Shown: positions 19,989 to 29,257, counted from the first letter of the stretch. The stretch: DNA of 47,596 nt from Candidatus Omnitrophota bacterium (GCA_043803685.1 JAZDJU010000032.1:1-47596), one strand, 5' to 3'. Translations and numbers: made by a program. The notes: a model not told the origin generated them from the sequence alone.

Positions 19989-20067
19989 AGAATCAGAGAA
20001 TCAAAGAGGCAAAGAAACAGAGATTTTTCTCTGCTTCTTGCGTCTTTGTTTCTTGTCTTCTCGACTT
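19989..20067. repeat. Inverted array of 8-nt units (AGANNCAR x4, then a degenerate pyrimidine-rich complement)
   Basis: AGAATCAG AGAATCAA AGAGGCAA AGAAACAG, a short T loop, then CTCTGCTTCTTGCGTCTTTGTTTCTTGTCTTCTCGACTT. Confidence 0.7.
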
Positions 20068-20073
20068 TAAATA

Positions 20074-22197
20074 ATGACTAGAGACCTCTTAGCTAATCTC
20101 AATTCTTCACAAAAGGAAGCCGTTTCCTGGCCTCCCGTCCGCCCTCTGCTTATTCTGGCTGGTGCGGGCAGCGGAAAGACTCGTATCCTTACGCACCGGA
20201 TCGCGTATCTTGTCGAGCACGGGGTACCGGCCTTTAATATCCTGGGCGTTACGTTCACGAATAAGGCCGCGCAGGAAATGCGTAACCGTATTGAAAAGCT
20301 CGTCGCCCAACGCGTTTGGGTGAGCACGTTCCATTCCTCCTGTCTTCGTATCCTCCGCCAGGATGGGCCGGCCATGGAGTTGGATCGGAATTTCATCATC
20401 TATGACGAATACGACCAGCTTCAGGTGATCAAGGAGTGCCTCGCGGAACTCAAACTGAACGAGAAGGACGTGAATCCCAAGGCCGTGCGCGAAGAGATCC
20501 AGCGCTCGAAGGATTATCTCATTTTTCCCGGCCAGTACCTGGCGAAAGCGACGGATCTTTTTGAGGAGCGTGTGGGGAAGGTCTACCAGCTTTATGAAGT
20601 CCGGATGAAGCGGCTCAAGGCCTGCGATTTCGGGGACCTGATCCTGAAGACGGTAGTGCTTTTTGACAAGCATCCGGAGGTGCTCAAGACCTGGCAGGAC
20701 CGTTTCCATCATATCCTGATCGATGAGTACCAGGATACGAATCACGCGCAATACCGTTTTGTGAAGCTCCTGGCTTCCGCGCGGCGGCAGATCACGGTCG
20801 TGGGAGATCCAGACCAGTCCATTTATGCGTGGCGGGGAGCGGATATCAAGAACATCCTGAATTTTGAGGCGGATTATCCAGATTGCGGGATGATCCGAAT
20901 GGAGCAGAATTATCGTTCGACGCCCGTGATCCTCGAAGCGGCGAATCATCTGATCAAGAATAACCAGATGCGCAGGCCCAAGGCCCTCTGGACCGAACAG
21001 AAGGGTGGCGCGAAGATCGAACTCTATAACGCGGACGATGAGATCGCGGAAGCCGGGTATGTGGTCGGCAATGTCATGAAGTATAAGGCGCAGGGCCGCA
21101 GTTTCGCCGATCAGGTGATCTTTTATCGTGTGCACGCCCAGTCGCGTGTGATGGAAGAGGAATTGATGCGTGCGAATATTCCTTACAAGATCGTGGGTGG
21201 CACGCGGTTCTACGATCGCAAGGAGATCAAGGATGTCATCGCGTATCTCCGGATCGTCGCATATCCGAACGATGAAGTGAGTCTGAAACGTGTGATCAAT
21301 GTGCCTCCGCGGGGGATCGGAAAGAAGGCCTTGGAGACGTTAGAGGTCGAGGCTCAGGGGAAATCATGGGATGAGGTTTTGCTGGATCTCCCTAAGGTCC
21401 AGGGGCTAACGCCCAAAGTGCAAAAGTCTCTCGGTGCGTTCTATGCCTGGCTGACAAAGCTCCGGCAGAAGCAGCAGACGATGACCGTCCACGAGGTCCT
21501 GGAACGGATTTTGGAGGATACAGGCTATGTCGCGGCGCTTGAAGCGGAACGCACTCCCGAGGCGCAGGCTCGCCTTGAGAATATCGAGGAGTTTTTCAGC
21601 GTGATCGAGGATTTTATGGAACGGTTCTCAGATATTCAAAAAGGTGAGTTTTCTTCATCGCCCGTGCAGGCCCAGGATGGTGTTACCGAAGGCGAAGCGA
21701 AACAATCGGCTCTCGCGTCGTTCCTCGATTCGATCGAGCTTGTGACCGATCTCGATGCATGGGATCAGGGGACGAATGTCCTCACGCTCATGACGCTTCA
21801 TACAGCCAAGGGGCTGGAATTTCCGATCGTCCACATGGTGGGCCTCGAGGAGGGGATCTTCCCACACGTGAATTCCTTCGCAGGTCCGTCTGACGAGATC
21901 GAAGAAGAGCGGCGGCTTTGTTATGTCGGGATCACGCGCGCCCGGGAGAAACTGCATCTTTCCTACGCGACCGAGCGGCGAATGTACGGCGCGACGCATC
22001 ATAATCTGCCTTCCCGGTTCCTCAGCGAGATCCCCGCGAATCTCTGTGAAGCCCGGGGGATGCATTCCGGCGGAAGTTACCGGGATGAAGATGAAGACCA
22101 GGACGCCGCAGGTCATTCCATCCATGATACCGTGATTGAATTCGACGACGATTTTCCTTCCTCTTCCGGTCGCTCGGGCGGCCGCTATTCCCGCTAA
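20074..22197 (+). CDS. pcrA: ATP-dependent DNA helicase PcrA/UvrD
   Basis: AGAGSGKT, TFTNKAA, IDEYQDTN, VGDPDQSIY, QNYRS, TLHTAKGLEF, EERRLCYVGITRA. Confidence 0.95.
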   Translation: MTRDLLANLNSSQKEAVSWPPVRPLLILAGAGSGKTRILTHRIAYLVEHGVPAFNILGVTFTNKAAQEMRNRIEKLVAQRVWVSTFHSSCLRILRQDGPAMELDRNFIIYDEYDQLQVIKECLAELKLNEKDVNPKAVREEIQRSKDYLIFPGQYLAKATDLFEERVGKVYQLYEVRMKRLKACDFGDLILKTVVLFDKHPEVLKTWQDRFHHILIDEYQDTNHAQYRFVKLLASARRQITVVGDPDQSIYAWRGADIKNILNFEADYPDCGMIRMEQNYRSTPVILEAANHLIKNNQMRRPKALWTEQKGGAKIELYNADDEIAEAGYVVGNVMKYKAQGRSFADQVIFYRVHAQSRVMEEELMRANIPYKIVGGTRFYDRKEIKDVIAYLRIVAYPNDEVSLKRVINVPPRGIGKKALETLEVEAQGKSWDEVLLDLPKVQGLTPKVQKSLGAFYAWLTKLRQKQQTMTVHEVLERILEDTGYVAALEAERTPEAQARLENIEEFFSVIEDFMERFSDIQKGEFSSSPVQAQDGVTEGEAKQSALASFLDSIELVTDLDAWDQGTNVLTLMTLHTAKGLEFPIVHMVGLEEGIFPHVNSFAGPSDEIEEERRLCYVGITRAREKLHLSYATERRMYGATHHNLPSRFLSEIPANLCEARGMHSGGSYRDEDEDQDAAGHSIHDTVIEFDDDFPSSSGRSGGRYSR

Positions 22198-22229
22198 GCC
22201 TTCGGACTTTTTTTCGGGGGAAAAAGCTG

Positions 22230-22258
22230 TTTCCAATAGAGAGTTTGGTCGTTAAAAT
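22230..22258 (+). promoter_or_regulatory. Putative sigma70 promoter for plsC
   Basis: TTTCCA (22230-35), 17-bp spacer, TAAAAT (22253-58). Confidence 0.4.
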
Positions 22259-22270
22259 GCTCTCCATGAA

Positions 22271-22383
22271 CCCCGTTAGAGATGGGTTTGGCATTTCGAA
22301 AAATGAGAAAAAATTTCAGTAAATATTCCAGTTTTAAATAATCTGAAAGACCTGAAAAATGAGCCCGATGATCTCTAACGGGG
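22271..22383. mobile_element. 113-bp MITE-like element with 13-bp terminal inverted repeats and a TGAA target duplication
   Basis: CCCCGTTAGAGAT (22271-83) and ATCTCTAACGGGG (22371-83) are exact reverse complements. TGAA flanks both sides (22267-70, 22384-87). AT-rich interior. Confidence 0.8.
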
Positions 22384-23171
22384 TGAAGATCTCTAAAGAA
22401 CGCGCGTTTGGATTTGCAGAGAGCCTTTTTTACTCGCTCGCGCTTTGGACCGCGACGGCCTTCTTGACGCTTCTTGCCGCCTGTCTGGATCTCCTCATAG
22501 CTTATCCTTTGTCGCTTCTTTTTGATGGCCGTGGGACCCGGAAGCTTTTGCACGATATTTCAGCGGATTGGGGGCGGACCATCATCCGATGGAGTTCGAT
22601 CTGGGGTATCGTGGTGACGGGGCAGGAACATCTTCAGAAGGGAAAGCATTATATCGTTGTCGCGAATCATCAGAGCATGCTGGACATCCTTGCCGTTTGC
22701 GCCGCGCTGCCGATCAATTTCAAATTTCTCGCCAAACGCGAGCTTTTTCAGATCCCGTTCATGGGTTGGGCCATGGCTGCCGCGGGTTATATCCCCGTGG
22801 ATCGGGCAAGCCACAAGAGCGGACGGGAAGCCATGGCGAGGATCACCCGGGTTCTCGATAAGGGGGTGAGCGTGCTCCTTTTTCCCGAAGGGACACGTAG
22901 CCTGGATGGGAAAGTCCACGCGTTCAAGATGGGAGCTTTCAAGCTTGCGCGGGACAATAAAGTTGAGATCCTTCCTGTGGTGGTTGACGGGACCGGGCAG
23001 GCGCTTCCGAAGAAGTCGTGGTTGATCAAAAAGAAGAGTAACTTTATCGTTTCGATCGGCAAGCCAGTGTCCCTTGATGATTTCGCGGACAGCTCGATGG
23101 ACGAAGCCAAAGAGAAGATCCGGCATGAAATGATCGGAAGGCTGGAACATATCCGCCACAAAAATCAGTGA
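22383..23171 (+). CDS. plsC: 1-acyl-sn-glycerol-3-phosphate acyltransferase
   Basis: NHQSMLD (HxxxxD), FPEGTRS, FKMGAF. Likely start GTG 22383; in-frame ATGs at 22359 and 22368 lie inside the MITE. Confidence 0.9.
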   Translation: MKISKERAFGFAESLFYSLALWTATAFLTLLAACLDLLIAYPLSLLFDGRGTRKLLHDISADWGRTIIRWSSIWGIVVTGQEHLQKGKHYIVVANHQSMLDILAVCAALPINFKFLAKRELFQIPFMGWAMAAAGYIPVDRASHKSGREAMARITRVLDKGVSVLLFPEGTRSLDGKVHAFKMGAFKLARDNKVEILPVVVDGTGQALPKKSWLIKKKSNFIVSIGKPVSLDDFADSSMDEAKEKIRHEMIGRLEHIRHKNQ

Positions 23172-23197
23172 TAAGTGGTAAGTGATAAGAGGTAAGG
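23165..23197 (+). repeat. 7-nt periodic array, copy 1 of a 33-bp direct repeat flanking the EEP gene
   Basis: TCAGT GATAAGT GGTAAGT GATAAGA GGTAAGG; 28 of 33 positions match 23942-23974. Confidence 0.75.
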
Positions 23198-23205
23198 AGA
23201 GAAGT

Positions 23206-23958
23206 GTGAAGATCCTCACATTGAATACCTGGCAGGAACGCGGGCCGTGGCGCGACCGGTGGGAACTCATCCAAGGCGGTCTCAAGAGCTACGATGCCGA
23301 TGTCGTAGGTTTTCAGGAAGTCTTTAATATGGATTGGGCTCGTGAGCTTCATGGGCGGAGCGGCTATCCGTATCTGGCCGTGAGTGGCGAACACTCGGGG
23401 CTGATCTTCCTCTCGAAGTTCAAGTGTGTCGAGCAGGAATGTCTGGTGATGAAAACGAAGTCCCCGACCGAGGACTATCTTCGCTACGTTTTTTATGTTC
23501 AGGTCGATTCGGGCGAGGAAAAGATCGCTCTTTTTAATACGCACCTTTCGTGGAAGTCCAATGAGAATGAAGTTCGCTTGAAACAAACGCTGGAACTCGA
23601 AACGTTCGTGGGGAAGAAGGCCCCGGCAGGGATTCCTGTGGCGCTTATGGGAGATCTGAATGCGGGGCCAGAGACCCCTTCCGTTAGCTATCTCCGGGAG
23701 ACGCTGAAATGGTGTGATACTTTCGACATGAAGAATCCCCAGGACCCCGGGCTTACCTGGAATTACCAGAATCCTTATGCGGAAGCGGAGTGGGAAAAAA
23801 TGGCCGAGCGGCGCATTGATTATATTTTTGTCCGGGAACAAACAGGGCCTTTTAGAAAGATAAAGTCCTCCCGTGTGATCTTTAATGAACCCTCAGCGAA
23901 GGGGATCTATCCCTCGGACCATTTCGGTGTCATGACGGAATTCAGTGGTAAGCTGTAA
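23206..23958 (+). CDS. Endonuclease/exonuclease/phosphatase (EEP) family protein
   Basis: LTLNTW, FQEV, NTHL, GDLN, RIDYIF, PSDHFGV; AAGGAG RBS before GTG 23206. Confidence 0.9.
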   Translation: MKILTLNTWQERGPWRDRWELIQGGLKSYDADVVGFQEVFNMDWARELHGRSGYPYLAVSGEHSGLIFLSKFKCVEQECLVMKTKSPTEDYLRYVFYVQVDSGEEKIALFNTHLSWKSNENEVRLKQTLELETFVGKKAPAGIPVALMGDLNAGPETPSVSYLRETLKWCDTFDMKNPQDPGLTWNYQNPYAEAEWEKMAERRIDYIFVREQTGPFRKIKSSRVIFNEPSAKGIYPSDHFGVMTEFSGKL

Positions 23959-24038
23959 ACGATAAGAGGTAAGGTTTCATTTGCGGAGGCTTGAGTTTTT
24001 TTACATAACGCTTACGACTTACCACTTATTACTTCATT
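23942..24038. repeat. 7-nt periodic array, copy 2, followed by its inverted complement
   Basis: GGTAAGC TGTAAAC GATAAGA GGTAAGG ... CTTACGA CTTACCA CTTATTA CTTCATT (24011-38). Confidence 0.8.
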
Positions 24039-24047
24039 AAGGAATCT

Positions 24048-25157
24048 ATGGCTTCTCAAGAGAAGGCAAAAGAATATCAGGAAATTAAACGCAAGTTGTC
24101 TCTGTTTCAGCTTTTTCTGACACCGGCGCTCTTGGGGATCTTGATCGCGAGCGGGTGGACCTTGGGAATGCGGCAAAATGCTATCGCGCTGGCCGGGGTG
24201 AACGAGGCGGGCGTTGTGGCGGTTTATTTTCTTCTTTTTTCTCTGTTCTTTCTTATCTTTGATCTGCCGCTTGCGTTCTATTCAGGGTTTACGTTGGAAC
24301 ATCGATTCTGTCTTTCGAATCAGAATTTCGGTCAGTGGCTTCAGGACCTTGCGAAGAAAACCTTGTTGTCGTTTGGCTTGTCACTCGCGCTGCTGGAGTG
24401 TCTCTATTGGATCATTCGGCTAGATCCCCGGCATTGGTGGATCTGGGCGTGGGCGGCTTATGCCTTTGTAAGCTATATCCTTGGGAAAGTTTTTCCTGTT
24501 TTGATCGTACCACTTTTCTATAAGTATGGCAGACTTGAAGATAAGGAGTTGGAGGCCCGGGTCCTGAAGCTTGCCGCTCGTTTTGACATGCCGGTGGGGA
24601 ACGTTTATTCGCTCAATTTGAGCAAGACGACTAAAAAGGCGAATGCGGCGTTCATGGGGATCGGGAAGACGAAACGAGTGGTTCTCAGTGACACGCTGAT
24701 CCAAAATTTTACGCATGACGAGGTGGAAGTGGTCGTGGCGCATGAACTGGGCCACTACAAGCATCACGATGTTTGGCGGTTTTTGGCGTTTGGACTTGTG
24801 GCGTCGCTTCTGGCTTTTGCCGCAGGATCTTGGGGAATGAACGTGCTGGTGCCTGTGTTGTCTTTGGGTTCCACGGCGGATGTAGCCGGTCTTCCGCTCT
24901 TGTTCTTGATCTTTTATATAGTGAACTTGGTGTTGATGCCGGCGACGAACGGCTATTCCAGGCGGCAGGAACGGGCCGCGGACATTTTTGCCTTGGAAGC
25001 GTTAAAATCCAGAGAGGTCTTTATTTCTTGCATGAGTAAACTAGGCGAGCAGAATCTTGCGGACCCCGAGCCGCCGGTGTGGTATGAGTGGTTTTTTTAC
25101 GATCATCCTTCGATCGTAAAGCGCATCGAAATGGCGAAAAGATGGATCGCAGATTAA
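24048..25157 (+). CDS. M48-family (Ste24-like) membrane zinc metallopeptidase
   Basis: Multi-TM; ANAAFMG, HELGH, QERAAD, YDHPS. Confidence 0.92.
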   Translation: MASQEKAKEYQEIKRKLSLFQLFLTPALLGILIASGWTLGMRQNAIALAGVNEAGVVAVYFLLFSLFFLIFDLPLAFYSGFTLEHRFCLSNQNFGQWLQDLAKKTLLSFGLSLALLECLYWIIRLDPRHWWIWAWAAYAFVSYILGKVFPVLIVPLFYKYGRLEDKELEARVLKLAARFDMPVGNVYSLNLSKTTKKANAAFMGIGKTKRVVLSDTLIQNFTHDEVEVVVAHELGHYKHHDVWRFLAFGLVASLLAFAAGSWGMNVLVPVLSLGSTADVAGLPLLFLIFYIVNLVLMPATNGYSRRQERAADIFALEALKSREVFISCMSKLGEQNLADPEPPVWYEWFFYDHPSIVKRIEMAKRWIAD

Positions 25158-25178
25158 TGCGATAAGGGTGAGGATGTG

Positions 25179-26324
25179 ATGAACATAAATTTTAAAGGTT
25201 CGATGAAAAATGTTCGGGGTGGGGCATTCGGCGTCGCGTGTTTAGGGGCATGTTTTTTGGCTGTATTCCCTAGTCATGCCGCCGTGAACGATGACGATCG
25301 TAGCAGGGAATCCGTAGAGCGTCAGCAGAAGATCGCGATCGGGAAGTTCTACGCCTCGCAGAGCGGTAATGCGCCCATGACGCCCATGGCCATCGGACTC
25401 TATAACGACGCGGTTAAGTTCTTCGAAAAGAACGAGTACGAAATGGCCCGTGAGGCTCTCAAAGAATCGCTTTCGCTGGAGGCCCGGTGTGCTCCCGCCC
25501 TCGAGCTTTTGGGAGAGATCGAGAATTTACAGCAGAATTTTGAAAAAGCCGAGAACTACTACAAGCAGGCTTATCTCATAAGTCCCTCCACACGGCTGCG
25601 GCAGAAAATCGAAAAGATCCAAAAAGAGAATGAGGTCGAAAAAAATCTCGACACCGACGATGAAGAGCATTTTCTCATCAAGTACCGGAAGGGCGAGCAG
25701 GGCTATGAGGGCTATTGGTTGAAAGGTCTTTTACGGGACAGCTATCGTCAGATCTCGCAGGATTTCGGTATTTATTTCAATCACAAGATCACGGTTCTTT
25801 TTTATTCACAAAACGATTTTCACAGCGTGACCGGCCAATCCGCCTGGGTCAACGGACTTTACGATGGAAAGATACGCCTTCCGTCCTTTCGTCAGGGTTT
25901 TAAAGAATCGGATCTGCGAACGACGGTCACCCATGAAATGACGCATGCGTTCGTGGCGTTCTTGGGAGGGATGAATACGCCGATCTGGATCCATGAAGGG
26001 CTTGCGCAGTACGAACAGAATAAAATTGAGCCGGTGAACACGTCTGTTTTTAACGCGGCGATCCGTTCAAAGTCGCTCATGCCGCTCAGCAGGATCTTTT
26101 CCGAAAAATTACAGATGGAAAAAATGGATCCTATGGAAGTTGCGCTCTTTTACCAGGAGTCTTTCATGCTCGTCAAATTCATGGTCGATCGTTTTCAGAT
26201 GTATCGCATGAAGGAGATCCTCGCGAAGTTTAAAGAAGGGAAGCCCGCCGAACAGGCGATCGAAGAAGCTCTTGGAATTTCGATCCTTCAATTGGAAAAG
26301 GATTGGCTCGCCACCCTACAATGA
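25179..26324 (+). CDS. Exported TPR + MA-clan zinc metallopeptidase domain protein
   Basis: Signal-peptide-like N-terminus (..PSHA), TPR helices, GLYDGKIR, HEMTH...PIWIHEGLAQY. Start uncertain (25176, 25179 or 25203). Confidence 0.85.
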   Translation: MNINFKGSMKNVRGGAFGVACLGACFLAVFPSHAAVNDDDRSRESVERQQKIAIGKFYASQSGNAPMTPMAIGLYNDAVKFFEKNEYEMAREALKESLSLEARCAPALELLGEIENLQQNFEKAENYYKQAYLISPSTRLRQKIEKIQKENEVEKNLDTDDEEHFLIKYRKGEQGYEGYWLKGLLRDSYRQISQDFGIYFNHKITVLFYSQNDFHSVTGQSAWVNGLYDGKIRLPSFRQGFKESDLRTTVTHEMTHAFVAFLGGMNTPIWIHEGLAQYEQNKIEPVNTSVFNAAIRSKSLMPLSRIFSEKLQMEKMDPMEVALFYQESFMLVKFMVDRFQMYRMKEILAKFKEGKPAEQAIEEALGISILQLEKDWLATLQ

Positions 26325-27307
26325 CGATCTCACCCAAGGCGTTTCAGACCCTTCCTCAGGGCCGGGGCATGGGGCTTGTGAAGGAATTTGACAGGGAAAG
26401 CCCCTTCTGCTTTCGCTATTGCTTGGAAGACGAGAAGCTTCGGGCGTCGATCCGGAAATTCGGGATCCTCGTGCCGGTGGTCGTGGCCCGCGCCAAGCGT
26501 CCGGTGGTCGTCGCGGGGCACAGGCGACTTGCTGCCGCGCGCGCTTTAAAAATGAAAGAAGTCCCCGTGCGGATCCTGGAGAAAATTGAGCCCCGAGAGG
26601 CTTTTTTTCTGAACCTTGTCTCCAACTGGAATCAAGGGTTTTCAGAAATGGACCGGGTGCAGGCGCTCAGGATGGCCGCCAGGGGATTCCACTTCAATGA
26701 AAATGAGATCCTCTCGGTCGTGATGCCCTTGCTCGGTCTTCCGGAGGACAAAGCAGCTCTTGAGCTCTATCGACAGGCCGATTCATTGTCTCCGTTCTTC
26801 AAGGATTTCGTGGAGCAGCGAAGACTATCGCTCCGGGGTGTTCTGCCCTTCCTGAAATTCCCCAAAAGCGATCAGGATTATTTTGCCCGAGAGATCGTGA
26901 CAAAAGTAAAGCTAACGAGCTCCCAGTTGTCCCAGACAGGGGAATGGTTGCGGGATATCCTGAAGAGGACGGGGCAAGGTCTTTCGGAGATTTGCAAGGC
27001 CCAGGGGCTTCTTGCGAAAATGAATACCCGCGGGATGGATCCTCGGATGAAGGCGGACCTGTTCTTTGCCCGTGTGCGGAAACTGCGTTTTCCGGGGCAT
27101 TCTCTCTATCTGGAAACATTCGAAAAGCGGCGGGCGGATATCCTTCGCGATGCCAAGGAATTCCGTTTGGAGCCTGTCCAGGGGTTTGAGGAACCTGGGT
27201 TTGAGCTATGCGCGCGCGTCAGAAATCCGGCCGAATTGGAGCGCCTTTTTCAAAAGATTTCGCTGAAGCATTCCTTACTTAACTCGTTATTTGAAATTGC
27301 TTTGTGA
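26321..27307 (+). CDS. ParB/Srx N-terminal domain protein
   Basis: SIRKFGILVPVVV...VVAGHRRL (ParB box with GxRR); ATGA overlap with the upstream gene. Confidence 0.8.
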   Translation: MTISPKAFQTLPQGRGMGLVKEFDRESPFCFRYCLEDEKLRASIRKFGILVPVVVARAKRPVVVAGHRRLAAARALKMKEVPVRILEKIEPREAFFLNLVSNWNQGFSEMDRVQALRMAARGFHFNENEILSVVMPLLGLPEDKAALELYRQADSLSPFFKDFVEQRRLSLRGVLPFLKFPKSDQDYFAREIVTKVKLTSSQLSQTGEWLRDILKRTGQGLSEICKAQGLLAKMNTRGMDPRMKADLFFARVRKLRFPGHSLYLETFEKRRADILRDAKEFRLEPVQGFEEPGFELCARVRNPAELERLFQKISLKHSLLNSLFEIAL

Positions 27308-27319
27308 TTCCTATACAAT
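27291..27319 (+). promoter_or_regulatory. Putative sigma70 promoter for the batD operon
   Basis: TTGAAA (27291-96), 17-bp spacer, TACAAT (27314-19), ending 21 bp before the ATG. Confidence 0.6.
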
Positions 27320-27340
27320 ACCTCTTGAAGTAACCTTTTT

Positions 27341-29257
27341 ATGAAAAAAGTCCTTTTGATAGCATTCGTTATAGGGGGGTTCTTTGCCCCGTCCCTTCAG
27401 GCCGAGGAAGCCCGTGTGTCTGCCAGCGTGAATAGGAACTCCGTCCAAGTCGGAGAAGAGATCCGGCTCAGTATTCGCGTGACTGGATCGACTTCGAATC
27501 TCCAGGCCCCCAGACTTTCCCAGATCGATGGTTTCTCGACCTATTACACCGGTCGCGCTTCGCACATTTCCGTGATCAACGGCGTATCTTCTTCAAGTGT
27601 AGAGTTCAACTATACCCTTGTGCCTGGGAAAGCCGGGCGTTTCAAACTGAATTCTATTGAGATCCCGGCCGGGCAGAATATCCTCCGGACGGAGCCCCTC
27701 GAGATCGAAGTGACAGGCGGTGGACAGAGCCAGGTGCCGGTGCAGCAGACCCTGCCGCAACGGGCATCGCCTCAACCGGCCGGGCCTACTTCCGCGACAT
27801 CTTCATCCTCTCAAGAGGGCGCTTATACGGTATCGCCGGGTAACGATGATAATATTTTTGTCCAGGCGTGGGTCGATCGCAAAACGCTTTATCAAAATGA
27901 ACAGATGTTGCTGACCTATTCGCTTTTTACCCGGTACGATACTCGCTACGAAGGGTTCGATAAGGAACCGGAAACCAGCGGATTTTGGATCGAAGAGTTC
28001 CCGATGGGCCGTGATGTGCCGCGCGAGACCGTCCGTGAGAATGGTAAGCGGTACGTGAAAGCGGATGTGAAGAAATTGGCGCTTTTTCCGACCGCTCCCG
28101 GAAATTATACGATCCAACCTGGGACGCTTAAGGTCTCGATCCGCGAGGAGCAGCAGGGTTCGAACGCTTTCGATGAATTTTTTAGCGACAGCTTTTTTAC
28201 AGGAGGCTCTTTTTTTGCCAGAAGACAGAATCGTCTGCTTGCCCCTCCTCCGATCCAACTGGTCGTCAAACCCCTTCCGGATAACGGGAAGCCGGCAAGT
28301 TTTCAAGGAGCGGTAGGGACATTTCGCCTTGCGGCGACGATCGACAGGGACAAGGTGAAACAGAATGAGCCGGTGACGCTCAAAATGGTGATCGAGGGGG
28401 AAGGCAATATCGAGACCCTGACGCGTCCCAAGGTCCCGGCGCTTTCGGGTTTTAAAACTTATGACGCAGACACCAGTTCCAAACTTTTTCAAGCCGAGAA
28501 CGTGATCGGTGGCACCAAGAGTTTCGAGACCGTCTTTATTCCCAAAGAAGAGGGGAGTTCGTTTATTCCGCCGCTTGAGTTCAGCTTCTTTGACCCTCGG
28601 CAGGAGAAATATATCACGTTGAGGACCCCGAATTTTCCGATCCAGGTAGAGCATTCGGACCAGGATTTCAAAATGCCGCAGGCCCTCACAGGGAATGCCA
28701 TCTTTCAGAAGCAGATCAAGTCAGAAGGAAAAGACATCCGTTACATTGATGAAAAGCTCCCGCAAACGGTCGCGACGCGGGTTGTGGGAGGGATCTATTC
28801 GGTCCTTCTGTGGGGAGATCTTCTTCTGTTCGTGTTGCTCGTTGTGTTCTGGATGAAAGATCGCCAGGATCGGCTGTTTTCGAAGGATGAGGCGTTGCGC
28901 CGGAGGAAAACAGCCCGTGGGACTGCATCCGCGAACATGAACCGGCTCAAGAAACTCGCGAATTCTTCTAAGGACGAAGACGCCGCGGTCTTTTTTGTGG
29001 AGCTCGAAAAAGCCATGGTCCAGTACATTACGGACAAATGGAACCTTTCGACCCATGGAGTGACGAGGCAGGACCTTAAAGATACCCTGACGGCGCATTT
29101 TGGCGAAGAGGATCCGCATTTGAAGGATGTGTTCGAGCTTTATAATCTCTGCGATGAGTCCCGTTTTGGCAAAGGCTCGATCCCTCAGGCCTCCAAAAAG
29201 ATCGGGCTCAAGATATTTCAGGACACCGTGAACCGGATCGAAAGGATGCGTAAATGA
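27341..29257 (+). CDS. batD: BatD-family exported protein
   Basis: Signal peptide, repeated Ig-like units (VSASVNRNSV, VQAWVDRK, GAVGTF), EGEGNI, FSFFDP and a TM helix near the C-terminus. Confidence 0.85.
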   Translation: MKKVLLIAFVIGGFFAPSLQAEEARVSASVNRNSVQVGEEIRLSIRVTGSTSNLQAPRLSQIDGFSTYYTGRASHISVINGVSSSSVEFNYTLVPGKAGRFKLNSIEIPAGQNILRTEPLEIEVTGGGQSQVPVQQTLPQRASPQPAGPTSATSSSSQEGAYTVSPGNDDNIFVQAWVDRKTLYQNEQMLLTYSLFTRYDTRYEGFDKEPETSGFWIEEFPMGRDVPRETVRENGKRYVKADVKKLALFPTAPGNYTIQPGTLKVSIREEQQGSNAFDEFFSDSFFTGGSFFARRQNRLLAPPPIQLVVKPLPDNGKPASFQGAVGTFRLAATIDRDKVKQNEPVTLKMVIEGEGNIETLTRPKVPALSGFKTYDADTSSKLFQAENVIGGTKSFETVFIPKEEGSSFIPPLEFSFFDPRQEKYITLRTPNFPIQVEHSDQDFKMPQALTGNAIFQKQIKSEGKDIRYIDEKLPQTVATRVVGGIYSVLLWGDLLLFVLLVVFWMKDRQDRLFSKDEALRRRKTARGTASANMNRLKKLANSSKDEDAAVFFVELEKAMVQYITDKWNLSTHGVTRQDLKDTLTAHFGEEDPHLKDVFELYNLCDESRFGKGSIPQASKKIGLKIFQDTVNRIERMRK

